Shown in pieces: positions 12,474-26,627 of a stretch of 64,000 nt of DNA. The translations under genes and the position numbers were made by a program. The stretch is taken from positions 372,001-436,000 of the forward strand of contig JALDZX010000005.1 of NCBI GenBank assembly GCA_022813865.1, written 5' to 3'. The DNA is from Xylographa opegraphella (lineage: Eukaryota). Each line of letters opens with the position of its first letter. Within the stretch, counting starts at the first letter, position 1. The notes under the pieces are model-generated. The model ran no database searches. It saw nothing but the letters and a program-made list of their open reading frames with translations, and was not told where the DNA came from.

Positions 12474-13105
12474 ATGAATCCGCTCCCTCCCCCCGCTCCA
12501 CCTTCCCGTCTTCCCATAATTATCTCTCCCGCCCGCTCTCCGGCCTCAATTCACACCACCACAGCCCTCTTCACCGCCTACGCCGCTTCACTCGTCTGTC
12601 TCCTCCACACCCTCTTCTCTCCGCATTCTCACTTTCCTTCAAGGACATCTCCCTCGACTTCCAATCCTTCTCCACCGAGCTCGCCACCCTTCCCGGCCTC
12701 TACGCACCCCCACACGGAGAAATACTGCTCGCTCACGACGCAGCGGGTGTGCCGGTAGGCTGCGTCGCGCTACGACCATTGTCTCTTCACGCGGATCACT
12801 CGCCCGGCGAGAAGCCGGTGTACTGCGAGCTCAAGCGGCTGTACGTCGTGCCCGCGGGTCGGGGCTTGGGCGTCGGGAAGGTGTTGGTGGAGAAGGTGCT
12901 GGAGGTGGCGGTGGAGAAGGGGTATGTGGAAGTGAGGCTGGACACGCTGCCGGACATGCGGGCCGCGACGAGGCTGTATGAGGGTGTGGGGTTCGAGAAG
13001 GTGGAGGCGTATCATGGGACGTTGGTAGAGGGACTGATTTTTATGGGGAAGAGGCTGGGTGGCGAGGTGAAGAAGGGCGCTGTATCTGCAGGGTCTGGGA
13101 ACTAA
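12474..13105 (+). CDS. GNAT family acetyltransferase
   Basis: Exon 12474-12593 (...ALFTAYAASL), intron 12594-12643, exon DISLDFQ...GCVALRPL...ELKRLYVVPAGRGLGVG (acetyl-CoA motif A)...LDTLPDM...LYEGVGF. Confidence 0.9.
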
Positions 13106-13221
13106 GCTCAGGCCTTGGTGGGGACTGATAGACTGTGAGTGGTGGCAAGGCGGAAGTATGGAAGGATGGTACTGGAAGTTGTACTCACGTCTTTCGAGGA
13201 AAGTACTATATGCCAGCATTT

Positions 13222-14684
13222 TTAGAGTCCAGATGTGGCGCCAAAATGAACCCGATTAATATTAGCCGCCCGCATTTCTTGCTTTAGAATTCTTCTCTCC
13301 GGAACCAGAGCTGAAGGCAAGTTGGGGACTCGAGTACCTGCCTGTCCGTGATAATCGAACCTCCTCGGATGCGTGCCAAGGGCTTGGCCGAAGGTTGGAG
13401 GTGTTCTATTCCCAGGACGTTCCTGCAGTTGCGCTCTTAATATAGACCCAGGTGTTTCACTCTCATCTGGGGCTTCGGGAGCTACGCTGTTAAAACAATC
13501 AAACCCACCTCTATGATTATCAGATTGGAATTGGCTTCCCAGTTGATGGCTATGGTTCACCGGACTGTAGACAAGTCGGCCATTACGACCGACAGATTTT
13601 GTCACATTGTACCACCGGAAAAGGCGCAGCAAAGGCCACATGCTCGGAAGGCAGGCCAAGACGATACCGGCGTTCGTTTCGATCATGTTGAATATCTCTA
13701 GTGGCACCAAGTTCCCTATTATTCACTCAGTCAGGGTTCAGATATCGAGAGAACTTCAATGCCACTTACAGGAATTGTCAAATGGTCTTGTACTTTGAGC
13801 CTCCTCTGTGATCTGGATCACTGTGACTAGACGTAATATTGAAAACACAACAATTCTATCGAACCATCAGTGCTGGGCAGGAGTGATATCTACGGAGGTC
13901 GTTGTCTCACAAGCCACCGAGTGTAAATGTTCCCGTCAATGCAACCCGTTGCGATGTTGGCAGACTCAGTTTCCAAATGAAGGGGATCGGGAAAGCCAGA
14001 AGGATAAGGTCGGTCGCAACATTTGGAATCGTGAGCGCCAAATAGTAAAGGGCGATGTCAATGCATTTTGTAGAGCCTAGCCGATTCCAAAAGCCGCTCA
14101 CGGGTATACAAGTGAATATAGCTACCAGGAACTGTTGTAGCACATCTGAGCTTTGATATAAAAATGCGGTCGAAAACCTTACCGTGCTGAGCAGCCAAGC
14201 CAAGACCACAACGCCAATAGCGTAAAGATGTATTATGGTTCTGGTCTTGGGAACATTGAACACGCGCCGATAGAAAAAAATTATGGACAGCTTGATTGAA
14301 GCGATAGCCAGAGGGTAGACCACCTGAACAAAATACATCGTCTTTGGTAAGATCATGACCGCTTCAGTGGTATTGTCAACGGCATGTCGGCCCAAACCAC
14401 CGGAAGTCACAGCTACACCTTGAACTAAGTGACAATATGACACTGGAGACCGGAAGCAGAAGCTTACACACAAATTGGGCTACACACAAAGCCCAGGCCC
14501 ACGGAAGAGCAATCAGGATCCACCAGTCATCACAAAGTAATGGCTGTCTTGCCAGTATTCTTGCAAGAAACCGCAGCGCAACACTTGTGCCAGAGAGACA
14601 AATCATAGCAATCCCAACCCTAATCACCAAAGGCCCGTTGTTGGCATAGGCATAGAACGTGTCACCTCCCACTAGGCCAAACAT
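13222..14684 (-). CDS. PTH11-like (rhodopsin-domain) integral membrane protein, no CFEM
   Basis: VALRFLAR...DDW, GLGRH, IKLSIIFFYRRVF, IFTCIPVSGFW, NVATDLILLAFPIPFIWKL, SILRL, IETNAGIVLACLP across five exons. Confidence 0.9.
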
Positions 14685-15540
14685 GGTCGACCGAAAGAAT
14701 TTTGAAGTAAAATCAGATGACACTGAAGCCTATAGCAGTCAAACAATAATTTTGGGGCATTCTAAGGCCATTCGTGTCTTGGCTCCAGATACGATCCAAG
14801 ATGATCAAGGACATCATGATCTTTCATGTGCGCGATTCAAACGACAACGAAGAAATTATGCAATGTCAAATGGCCTTGAGAGCATAGCCATATGTGGCAC
14901 TCGGGAATAAGTATTTCACAGCGCCGACAAAGCACAGCAGGCACAGGCATAGCCTCCTAACAATTCATGTTTCATTGCCGCAGATGGAAGGATGTGGATG
15001 GCGCGGTTAGTCCATGTGCATTTAGATGCGCCATCATTAGCCAAAGACAAGCAGAAAGATTCGAAGGCACACATATGAGGCCTAATAATACAATCCGCGT
15101 ACGGTGCTGCATTTTGACGCATTTACATGCAGCCCATAGGTTGCACAAGAAGAGATCATGCGGTTGTAAATTATCAATGGAAGGATGAAGGATTAGAGCT
15201 CTTGGAACATGGCGGTTCGCGGCTCGCGGCACGGAATCCCGACAATGGCGTGGCCGAGACAGAAGTCGGCTATTTATTCAACATTATTTCGATTGTCTAT
15301 CGTACGTAACGATGAGAAAACACAAGGTAGGGACACTGATGGTTGACTGGACTTCGGCCTCTTCGAACATCAATCTGCTACGACAAGACAATACTCACAC
15401 ACGTTTTTGTAGGCATCGTTAATTAGGCGAAGGCAGGCACATGCCCTATAGCTCGTGCCGTGAACTTCTTCTGGCAACTCCGTACGTCCAACTTGAATCC
15501 ATATCATTGAGATTGCCTTCATTACCCGAAAACGCACAGC

Positions 15541-16879
15541 TCAAACTTTAGGCATTGCTCCAGTACCAAAGACCTCAAGCTTGATCCTCTCCGGGCCCAC
15601 TCGGTAATCGACCAGCTTCTCCTGCATATCCGCCATGAAATTCTCTGGTCCGCAAACATAATACTCGGCGTCATTACGATCGAGAAACAAATCGCGTTCC
15701 TTGTCTAATTTTTCGAGGCTCATACGGCCCACACGATCGTAGTCCACACCCCGGATATCCTTCCCATCGAATGGCGACTTGTTGAAGACGACCGCATGCA
15801 CGTTCTCACAGCGCCGGGTGATATCCCTCACCACACTTGCGAAAGCTTGGACTGCAGAGCTCCGCGTCGCATGGATCCACGAGATCGGTCGAGTGGAGCC
15901 GCTCTCGACCAGACTTTGCAGGATTGACAGGAGTGGCGTCAGCCCGACACCGGCGGATATCAGCACGAGAGGCTGCTTCTTGTCCTTTTGCTGCGTCACA
16001 TCGACAAAGAAATCCCCTGCGGGATGCGACACTTGGATCACGTCCCCGACTTTTCTATGGTCATGCAGGACATTCGAGATAAAGCCGGGATGCTCAGGTG
16101 CCTCTGGATGAAGTGGATCGAGACCTCTCTCGCGCTTCACGCTGACCCGATAATGATTCGGCCGCGGTGCGTCGCTCAGTGAGTATTGTCGAGGCTGCAG
16201 GTGTTTGAGCTGTGGCACGTCCGTTCTGATTGAGATGAATTGGCCCGGATGATATGATGGCAACGGGCATTTCATTTCGCCGTTCCTCGTTTGAGGCTCG
16301 AGGTAGAAAGACGTTATTTCCTCCGATTCCTGTACCTTTCTAGTGATCACAAAATCTCGCCAATTGGTCCATTGGTCTCTTTCCTCGTACAGTTGCGCTT
16401 CACGGCCGATCATCAGGTCTGCGAGCTGTCGGTACGCTACCGCCCAGGCTGTGTGAATGTCAGGAGTGAGCGCTTTCCCAAGGACTTCTTTCATGGCGCC
16501 CAACAGACAATTTCCAACGGTATCGTACTGTTCTGGCTGTACCTAATTTCGAAATTAGCAACCCAACGATACAATTGGTTGGATGTGGAAGCCAGCGGAA
16601 CGGTCGTACATAGAGAGAAACGTGCTTTTGACATATCCTTTCCACTGCCGGACTCAGGACTCCTAGATCATCTATATACGAGGCATAGGCATATAAGGAG
16701 CTTGCCAGCGCTTTAGCCTGAGCCCCGCTGAGCTGATTGGCGTGATTGAAGACGTTTTTCAGGGAGGGTACCTCCGACAACATGTTGGAGTAGAAGCAGG
16801 TTGTAATTTCAACGCCATGGTCTTGCAGTACGGGCACCGTCTGTTTGATAATGGCTACTTGCGTTGGTGTCAGAGGCAT
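15541..16879 (-). CDS. fhbA: flavohemoglobin (nitric oxide dioxygenase)
   Basis: Globin domain (FYSNM TyrB10, GAQAKALA, proximal His in CQKHVSL), intron 16609-16543, FAD domain (PGQFIS, RQYSLS) and NAD domain (SAGVGLTP, YVCGP, EVFG). Confidence 0.95.
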
Positions 16880-17042
16880 TGTGTTCAAGGTTCGGGTAAT
16901 GATCAAAGAAGAATATACAGTTCGACAATCAAGTACCTTACTTACAAGACGTGTTTATATAGCCATTGCAACTCGGCTCTGCGAGCACTTACGCAATGTC
17001 AGCGTTGTGAGTCCCTCGTACCATAGCTGTTACCATAGACAT

Positions 17043-17051
17043 TTCCGCGGC
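17043..17051. promoter_or_regulatory. possible NirA/NIT4-type site
   Basis: TTCCGCGGC about 165 bp upstream of the flavohemoglobin ATG; one mismatch to CTCCGHGG/TCCGCGGA. Confidence 0.3.
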
Positions 17052-18970
17052 TTCACGGTGCCGTTTCACGACTCACACCGCGAGCGTGATTTGAAAGCTG
17101 CGGTTGGAATGTATTAAGCCATGTTATCCTAAGGCGGTATCCATACGACCAAATCTGCATAATACAATACATATCCTAACTTTGGACTTTCTATCACTAC
17201 CAAGTACCTACTCCCGCGTAGAGCAGCAGCAATCAGATACTAGGTATTTTTCAATGCGTGTCTACCAAAAGCAATCAACGTTTATCTTACACCAGAGCTT
17301 CGTATACAAATCCGCACTAGATCTTAGCGCCACCAATAGCACCAACAATGAATCCCTCACCCTCACCCTCCAGCCCCGCGGAACCATCCAGCGCGCAGAA
17401 CGCCCGGCGCCTGAAAGTGGCAAGTCCAAGAATCCTCGATACACACCGCCCACGAGACCATATGCACAACAGGTCCCGTCTCCCCTCTCTCATCACTGAG
17501 AGTCGGGAAAGATATCGATTTACGACGCTGGCGCGTTCAGGGAAGTGATGTTACTCTGGTCACTAGACCTAGTGTAGAATAGTCTAAGGTAAGGTAAGGA
17601 AGGATCTTAGGGCTTAGAACCCTACCTATTATCTTTAGACACTCAAGCACTTTTCACCCTCGCTGCAACGTTGTAGTTGACACTTATGCAGCCAATACGG
17701 GCTTCTCATCCAATACGATCGAAGACCCTCGGTCGCGTATACACTATACGGAAATACAGAGCCAGCAACGGTCAGCAAGGCTTCCACACCAGACATATCC
17801 TATAACTCCGGGGAGCCAAATGATTCCCTTCCTGCTACCGGAGATTAGCGGAACTGCTATCCCTCCTCTTTCGCTCAAAAGCCCTTTCCCATACATACAT
17901 TGCCCTCACTTCCAAGCCCTTCCCGATCGCGGTCTCGCGTCTTGCTTCGATCGTGTCCTATGCGGCTTTTCGGCTTCATCGCAAAGGCGGTTCCTTGTCC
18001 TATCTTAGTCGTATGCCTCAATGACATCCTCCCTCCTCCTCCGCTCGTTATCTCGTTCCCGTTGGCAGCCTTTGGCGTGCCCTATTTCATATGCTCCATG
18101 ATACCCTCTATATCCAGGACAGCCACCGCAGCAGCAACCATCTCAGTTGTACAAATGCAAAGCAAGCACGTCGACGTCCTGGGCTGGTAGTACACCCCAT
18201 CATACGCCAGCAGGATGATCATCGGCTACCTGAGCTTCAACAGCGGAAGCTGTACAGTTATGGAAGTGCGAGGGGAAGAAATGACCGGCGAACAGGAGTA
18301 GCAGGACGAAAGTTGTGGATGGGGTGCTGCTTATTCTATCCTCCCTATCAAGACTGAATCCCAGGGGAAATGGTGAAATGAATGTCGTACTGGGCTGGGG
18401 GACGGACGGGAGAGGCAGAAGTCAGGTAAAGGCAAAAGAGGGGAGAGGCTGGAAGACCGGAGAAGCTTGAGAGTATGAGTAAGAATTGGTATTGAGATCC
18501 GGCGAGCGTAAGTACTACGCTAGATGGAGCAAGCGATTCACTTGAATGAGACGACTGAGAAGAGGAAAATTTCAATCTCTAGATGAACGACACTGAAATC
18601 TATGCCAAGGCAACCGTACCACTCCTCGTTTTGCGGTCGTCGGAAATTTATCAGCTCATTTATGACAACAGAGTGCTATGTAGTTACGCTGGAACGTGCA
18701 TCAGCGCTTTGCTCAGCTATCAAAGCCAAGAAATTAAACGTTGTCGCCTGCAAACGTGAATTCGTAAATTTCATTCTGTCCTTTGCAATCTAGTCCGCTT
18801 CGTGTTTGTGGCTCGGATCTTTCGGTGTAATAGAGCTGTGAGATATCCTCTGGAGAACCATGTCCTGGAAGACTTCCTTCAGAAGTTTTGTCGTGTATGA
18901 TTTGTTCCTCGGGACTGGGCTCGAATTACCAAGATGCTGAGAATGGATATGACCCATCCGTAACCGGAGA

Positions 18971-21148
18971 TTATCTGCGGAGTTCCTCCATATCGGAAGT
19001 GCCCGTGCCGGAAGCGTTCTGTGCATGGGGAGATTTTGCTACAACTGGATTCCCCTCTATGCACGGAGTTTTTTCTGTGCTTTCAGCCTGTTCTGCGTCT
19101 GGAGTTTTCGCTGCGCCTGAAAGTTTTTCTGCGTCTGAAGCGTCATTTGAGTCCAAAGTCTCGTCCACGTCTGGAGTCCTCTGCCCGACAGAAGGGAATT
19201 CCAGCGCAGATGTCATCAACGGGCTCTTCAACGCACCCAAGCTATCATTCCTCTCTTCATCGCGATTCGGTTTAGTGCCGTGGTGATGTCTGAAGCCTTG
19301 TTCAGTATCTAGATCGCGATCCAACGTGAGACCCTTGATGAAGAAAGAGGAAAACAGTCCGAGAGCCGCGATCGCAGTCAACGAGATCCAGAGAGTCCGT
19401 AGTGCTTTGACAAAACAGAATACAATTTGTGCTTTTTCGATCGAGTCGGCTGGCATGGCTTTGAGCAGTTGGACAAGTGCGGAAGCATCCTTGGAAAGTG
19501 CGCTGGCGCTGGCAGCTAGTGCGGGATATGTGAGAAGTTGTGCCTGCAGTTCGTTCTGGAATATTAGGCCACCGATAGCGACGCCTATAGTTTGACCGAG
19601 CACTCGAAAGAAAGCGAACATAGCCGCCGCGAACGGAAGATCAGCATTGCTTGACGCGGCCTGAGCACCGAATGAACAAGCTGGCCAGAGGATGCCTAAG
19701 CCGAGGCCCGAGACCATGTTCAAGAAGATCCATGAGACTTTAGAGGTATTGATGTCGAGTAATGCCAGGAGGCCCACTCCTAGAACCGTTAGAGTCCATC
19801 CAAGCCATAGTGACCATCTATATCTGCCAGTGATTGTGATTAGTACACCACCGATGATAGCAGCCGGTCCCGTAGTGAAAGTTTGTGGAAACTGAAAAGT
19901 ATATCAGAAAAGAGCAAATTGTTAAGTCATGTTCAAACATACAAGTGCTACTCCAGACATAACGGGAGAGAATCCTTTGACACCTTCATAGTATAGTGGA
20001 AGATAGAATAGCATAGACCATATCTGTGATAAAATAAGCTGAAGCTACCTTCCACGTTCCGAAATTGGAGACTCACCATGATACCTTGAAGTGATGTACA
20101 TAGATATGAGAGAACTCCGGTACGATTAGAAAAGAGACCAAGTCGAAACATTGGTTCAGAAGCTACAAAATCCTCGTATAGCACAAAACAGAGTAGACCC
20201 ACGGCTCCGATACACAGCGGAACAAGAGTATGCCAAGAAGACCATAGATACTGTATGCCACCCCAGGTCAAAGGAATCAAAAAGCTAGTAAGGGAGCTAA
20301 TGAAGATAATACTGCCGAACCAGTCAACTCGTCTCAACTTGTATTTCAGATCGCCTGAGACGCGATTAAGCCGCAAGAATAGCGGAACCATTGCAAAGCC
20401 AAGACCACAGAATGGTAGATTGACAAAGAAAATCCATCGCTGCCTTTCTGTCAGTCAGGTTCAGGGTATACTTTGTGGTAAAGGTGAACGTGCCACTGAC
20501 CCAGGTTACATCGACCGAGAATGCACCTCCTATCACAGGCCCGGAGACAGAACCTACTGCCTGAGACATGTTCACAATACCGATCCATTTTCCTCGTTCT
20601 CGTAGGCCAACCATATCAGTTATGATAATATAAGAGAGTGCAATGATACCCCCGCCGCCGATGCCTTGGATACATCGGCCGGCGATCAGTGTGGCAACAT
20701 TGTGTGCTACCCCGGCTACGATAGCTCCCAGAGTGAAGAGTGTCAAAGCAGTCAACAAAAGTGGTTGACGTCCGAAAATATGGGATAAGGACGCATAGGT
20801 TGGTTGTACCACTGCTGAAGTCAATAGATATGAGGTGCCAATCCAGAAAGCTTGAATAGCTGTCCCATTCAGATCCTGAGCTATGATCTATTGCGACAAA
20901 CATACAAATCAGATAACGAGCTTCCGTGTAAGATGAGGAAGATAACACGAAATACGTACAGGGAGCGCAACGCTGACTGATGTTCCATCGAGAGCGAGTA
21001 CAAGGTTGACGACACAAAGACTGGCAAACGCTCCATAGAACCTCCAGCCTCGTTTCACAAGCACAAGCTCCGCTTTACCTGGCGGCGGTGTCGAATCAAC
21101 AGAGACATTATAGCTTGCGTCAGACTGAAGTACCTCAGACCCTGGCAT
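18971..21148 (-). CDS. MFS drug:H+ antiporter (DHA2, 14-TM type)
   Basis: LALDGTSVSVALP, SHIFGRQP motif A, GRCIQGIGGGG, GPVIGGAF, VDWFG, TWGG...W, FFRVLGQTIGVAIG; multi-exon. Confidence 0.9.
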
Positions 21149-23692
21149 CTTGACAGAACTACCAGGTTGGTGGATGTGCTTGTGGTCAGAGATGGTCGTT
21201 GTCGTCGAGTGCGTGGTAGCGACTGTGAGTAGTCTTTTGAGAATGTGGGAAACTGCACCCAGAATGCTATTAAATGAAACGCTTGAGTGGTCCTCAGCAA
21301 CAACTCAGTGTTACCTCTTTCCTGCAAGATTCCTGCTCCCGGAGAGTCGACTTCTTCACGGGGATGTGCAGCTCTTAAGCGATAGGGTTATCTTCATGAT
21401 TCACTGCACCACGTTCGCTAGCGCCAGTACCACATTCGAATAAGTCAAATGAGATATTGCTTTATTTATAGCTGGGTGTGAATGATCATGGTCTAGAGCG
21501 TGTCGTGGTCATCTTTTCACGTGCTGACTTCAACAATAGACGCTTTTCAACCTGCCCAGGAACTTATGCTTTCGATAGTTGAAAAATACCTGCGCCCTAA
21601 TGGGCCCAGAGCATCTTGTGTGAGGGCCGGAGTAATCATGTCGCACCTCAGAGGATCTTGTCAGGACTATCAATGTTGGAATGAGAATTATTTGGTGGAA
21701 CCATCAACTGCTTTCGACAGAGTGGCTCACGCGCGGCTGCGCCAGCCAGCCTTCAGTGTTGTGTTTGTCTCAAGACCCATGTTTCTGTCAGCTTTTCCAT
21801 AGAGCTTATCCGGCTTCACCCAAGTAAGCCAACATCCAAAGAGGTTGCTTGCCACAGCTCGCCCTGATCAGTGTATGACATCACATGAGGTTGTGTTCAT
21901 TGTATACCTCAGAGTTTGCTGTACGTCCGTATAAGCTTGCGAATGAGGGTAACGTAATCTAAGCGGCAACGAGACGCATGCGGTAAGCAAAAACTTTTAG
22001 AAGGATTAGGGGCCTAAACTAGGGAGGAACCCACGAAGAATTAGCAGACAACGCGGGCCTTACCGCTTACACACCCGCTATTTCGAGCCCCTGTGGAAAA
22101 TTTCTCGCTTCCCGCTACATCACGTCAGGGCTTACAGATGCACCATCTGACGTGTTTTGATAAGCTTGCACGAAGGTCAGTAGGCTCGATGAGGTTCCGG
22201 GGAACCTCCCGTTGGAAGACTGTATAATAACAAGCACTTGGAAGCTGGAGTACAGTGGGGAACCCAGGGGGCCTGGCGCTGGAAAAATCCACTCCAGCAA
22301 GTGCTTCCCTCATCCTGGATTATCTTTGGCTATCCCGGGCAGGAAACCGAGGTAGCGCTGATTGTGCAGCTTCTGCCTCTCGAAATGGTCATTGCATACT
22401 CTCAACGTGAAAATGAGCAAGCTGTCAATCCGGGAAGCTGCACTTTGTCTCACTTGAGCGTCTGGCCGAGGAGCTTAAGCTCCTCGGCAGAGAAATGGAC
22501 CGTGAGAGTAAGCCTCGGACAACATGGCTGTGCGGGATGGATTCCCGGCGCCTAACAGGAGAAAAGCAAAAGACAGGGCCGGTAGTTTACAATAGCATAC
22601 AAGATGACAACAGTGTATTTGAGACTTCCAGAATGAAAAAAGTGATCTGGCAAAATGAGGCACCATTCAGGCTTCATTCTAACAGGAGATATACTTAGGC
22701 AAAGAAGTTTTGCAAAAGTCGGTGAGGGTAATATCCACAGTGGCCTTCGATGTCCTGAGGCATTTTCTCTAGATTTTCCATGGTTGCTAGCCGCAAGTTG
22801 TGTCATTGAGATCCTTTAGAGGGATCTTTTGCGCCATTTGTGAAAAATTCCAGACAATTCGTGGGTACATCTCTATAATAGGGATTCCAGAGCGTAGCGT
22901 TTGCGCCCACTGGATCATCATTCTTCCCCCTTCGCCTAACCTCAATGCCTTCCTTGCGATGATATCCAATCTCGAGTACCACACAGTTGTGATCATCACT
23001 CACCAAAGATATTCAGCCACAGAGCCAAGGGCAGGCACCGGCAAAGAGTAAAAGGAAACGGGAATGCAGAAAAAGGTAATCCACACTCAAAAGCTGGCCT
23101 GAGGGTGAAGGAGCACACAATTTGCAAGACATGAGAGATCGAAAGACTGAGTCAATGCGCTTTGGAAAGGGATGGCCGGTGCAGTGTCCGACAACTTCAA
23201 GGTTTCGAGCCGTATCCCGAGCTAGCTGCAGTTGAGAGGTATTACTTCACTGTCTTGACAAGCAGAGTAGAGGCGGGTGCATGCCATACAGCCAAATAAT
23301 CGCCTTCCGTCTGCTTTAAACAAGCATGTAACTGGCTACTTGCAGATGAACCGAAGAATACTTAGTGAAAGCATCCCGACCAGTTAACCACAAATGGATA
23401 ATATCTAAATGTCGGTGGCATTTTCTTGTGCAGCACACCGCCGAGCGTGTACCGGGAATGTTAACGATGCTAATACCACTTGGATTGAAGGTGCGTACAT
23501 CCATGTCATGTCGCCATAGCTTGTGCAGCAGTAGACGTATGCCATCTCGGTCACTGCAACAGCGCCAAGCTCAAGACCGATAATATACATTTTGGTCGTC
23601 TCGAATTTCGACTAATATGATACAGTTACCGCCCACACGATGGTTGTTAGTTATTAACCCGCGCAACGAGACGCGGTTTCGGTTACTGCAAC

Positions 23693-26058
23693 TCAGGTTC
23701 CGTCCCGCTCCAGCAGTGGTGTCTCCTCGCCACCTGTCTTCTTCTTCTTCCGCCTCCGTTTTTTCTTCCCACCTTTATCCTGCCCCTCACCGCTAGGTTT
23801 GGTATTTTCCTTCCAATGGTCATCCGAACCATCGACAGCCCCTTCATTGACAGACTTGTCGTTTTCTTCAGAGCTACTTGTAGTTTCGAGAACAATTTTT
23901 TGAAAGCCACCGGCTTGAATGATGTTCTCAGTGATGCTGCCTGAGCGAACGCCGCGCTTGAGAAGTGACGACTGTTCCCTTTCCGGGAGAGAGCCCACCG
24001 TGCTTTGGGACTGGCTGCTTCCTTGTCGATCGTGTTCAGGCCGTTTCGAAGCCCCATTAGTCGGATTGTCTTTGAACTTGTTTGGCGAGGCAGACGTTCG
24101 AGGTGGGGTATCCATGCTGCCGTATCCAACCTGAACGGCATGAACTCCGTCTTTGGCATCCTTGCCGGCCGACTGCACAAGACCTTCGCCAACGCCGCCT
24201 TGTGGAGCAGTAGACAATGACAGCGTCTTTGTAATTGCTTCTGTTCCAGCTTGCTCTGTAGTTGATTCGCTCACAGCACCCATGCCCGGTTTTATCTTAA
24301 CCGTGTTGTACCGCGTCTGACGCGGCCTACTGGCCAGATTTGATGGTCCACGATGCAGATGTTTGAGTAATTCACGCATCTCTGGAGTGTCCGCGCGTTT
24401 GGCAACTCCCTCTCGGTCAGAAATTCCTGCGAGACTGGAGGTCCGTCGCGGCATATGCGATGGTATATTAGGAGAAGCTCCCAACTCTATCGAAGAGGAT
24501 TTCGATTTAGCTTCAGGAGCGCCATCTGATGATATCAGCCTTTGTAAAGTTTGGTTTGTTGGTTGCTGGCTATCGTGACCATCGATGAGATTCTCTTCTC
24601 CCTCGGCGGCGTTGTCAACTGGATCCGTCACAATTTTCGATTTAGGCATACGATTCTTTGGGGCAGGATTCAATCTGCGTAGTCGCTTGTGGACATCGAT
24701 AAAAACGTCAGATTCATCAACAATCTCTCTACAAAACCAATTAGCCACCCGAGTTCTGAGATTTGGATAATGTATAACGTACTCTCCAATTAGCTCTTCG
24801 ATAACATCTTCCAGAGTCACAACGCCTAGGGCGCCGACATCTTTCCCAGGCGAAGCGGATACAAGTACCATATGGGATTTCCCCTCTTGGAAAAAATTGA
24901 CTATGTCAAGGCAGCTTGTTTCTGGAGAAGTTTCTGGAAGAGTAGCCAAGGCAAAGTCTCTCACCGGCTTACAATCTTCAGGGTCATAAGTGATCAAAAT
25001 CTTAACCAGCAACATACCAACGAAGTTTGTAGGATTGTCTGGGGCGTGAATCGGAATCCTGGAGTACCCTGCAGAAAGTATGATGTCCATAGTGTCTTCG
25101 TCCAGTACTGTATCGGCAGACATAACAAAGACATCATCCATTGGAGTCATAATACTTCCAATAGGCTTCTCCTTCAAGTCTAATACCGAGCTAATAATTG
25201 TAACCTCGTCCATATTCAACTGCTCTCCGGCCGACCCAAGCGTTCTGTGTAGCGTAACAAGTGTCTTCAATCCTGCTTTTTTGTATGTGGTGCCGTGGTC
25301 CTCACCCAGTAGGTAGTCAAGAAGCTTCGCCGTCGGCCATGCAACCGGGCTGAGAATATACATCAAGACAAGAACAAGTGGGGACATCAACGCGCCGATA
25401 GGGAGACCATAGCGGACACATATCGATTGTGGAATAATTTCCCCGAAAATCACTGAGTATCAAATGTAAGTCTTGCCTCTACATCGTTCGAAGAATGATA
25501 GGACGAACCGATAAGTACCGTACTTCCCAAGACAGCTGGCCAGCCCCCACCCAACGATCGATCAAGCACAATGGGCAGAGTTTCGTTCGTTATAACATTC
25601 CCAAGCAGTAGTGTAACCAGAACCCAGTGTTTCCCTCTTTTGAGTAGTTTCAGCACTCTGGCGGCATGATTCTTCTCCGCTCCGTCTCCAGATGTTTTGA
25701 TAACCTCTAGATATATTTCGTCCTGTCAAGGTCAGTACAACATAGTAACGCGGAGTCAATTCCATACCTGACCCATTAGCGCAATTGTCAATCCGGCGAA
25801 AGCGCCTCCTAACAGCACCAGTGCTATGGCTATGGCTAGGTATATCCATAGCGTGGGCTTGTCCGGAGCCATGGGTTTATCATCGTTTTCGGCAAAGGAG
25901 ACCATCGGCCATCGGTGCGTTGGAGCCGCACCTAACAGCGGGAAATTCACAATCCCAAGGAAGAAAAGCTTCAGTAAAGACAGGATAAGCGGCCTCTGTG
26001 CAGCGACTCCGCCGACTGGACGAGATGTTGTTATGGCTGCGTAACTAGTTGAAGGCAT
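23693..26058 (-). CDS. mam3: CNNM/DUF21-CBS metal homeostasis protein Mam3
   Basis: [71 protein letters not shown]; includes intron 24782-24729. Confidence 0.93.
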
Positions 26059-26627
26059 GATTGAATAGATTCCGTCAGAGGCAGAGGTCAAATAACTAAA
26101 GCAGAAAAGAGTGAAATAAATGCACAACGAGGATGAACATGAAGTTTAGCTCGTGACGAGCATGGCTGCGAAACACCTCATTGCCAATATAGATAAGATA
26201 GAGGTAACCCCAATGTCTAAATACCAGTCGATGTGGAGAAGGATCGCAGCGGTTTTTTGTGGACGAATCAGCTTTGACGTTCTGGTGCAGCACGATCCAA
26301 ACCTAAGCTCCGAACTGGGCACGTGGGAGACGAAGGACCCCCGACATGCTTCAAGGGTGCCCTAAGGGAGGGGACCCCTAAAGTTTAGTGGCTCTATAGG
26401 AGCTCTCCAACTGTTACGCACGCGTTCTCCAGGCGGCTCATGGCAAGTTTCCTTCTCAAGCTGGGCAAAATTGCATCCTTATTGCTCTAGTCCCTGTGAA
26501 TGATCGTCTACTACTGCAACAGACCAATCTAAGGTATGCTCTCAGAGCACTTTCTAAACTACATCGCGTAAACGGTTGCGAGCTCCATAAACACCACGCT
26601 AAATCAACCCATTATCGAAAGGTAATC

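Noticed and set aside
17800..18600. Short ORFs between flavohemoglobin and the MFS gene
   Set aside because: No motif or consistent splice model; possibly a relic.
12474..21148. Secondary-metabolite cluster (GNAT, PTH11-like, flavohemoglobin, MFS)
   Set aside because: No PKS, NRPS or terpene backbone gene and no pathway regulator in the window.
22100..23300. Protein-like fragments on the minus strand
   Set aside because: Multiple stops and no recognisable family; cannot support a pseudogene call.
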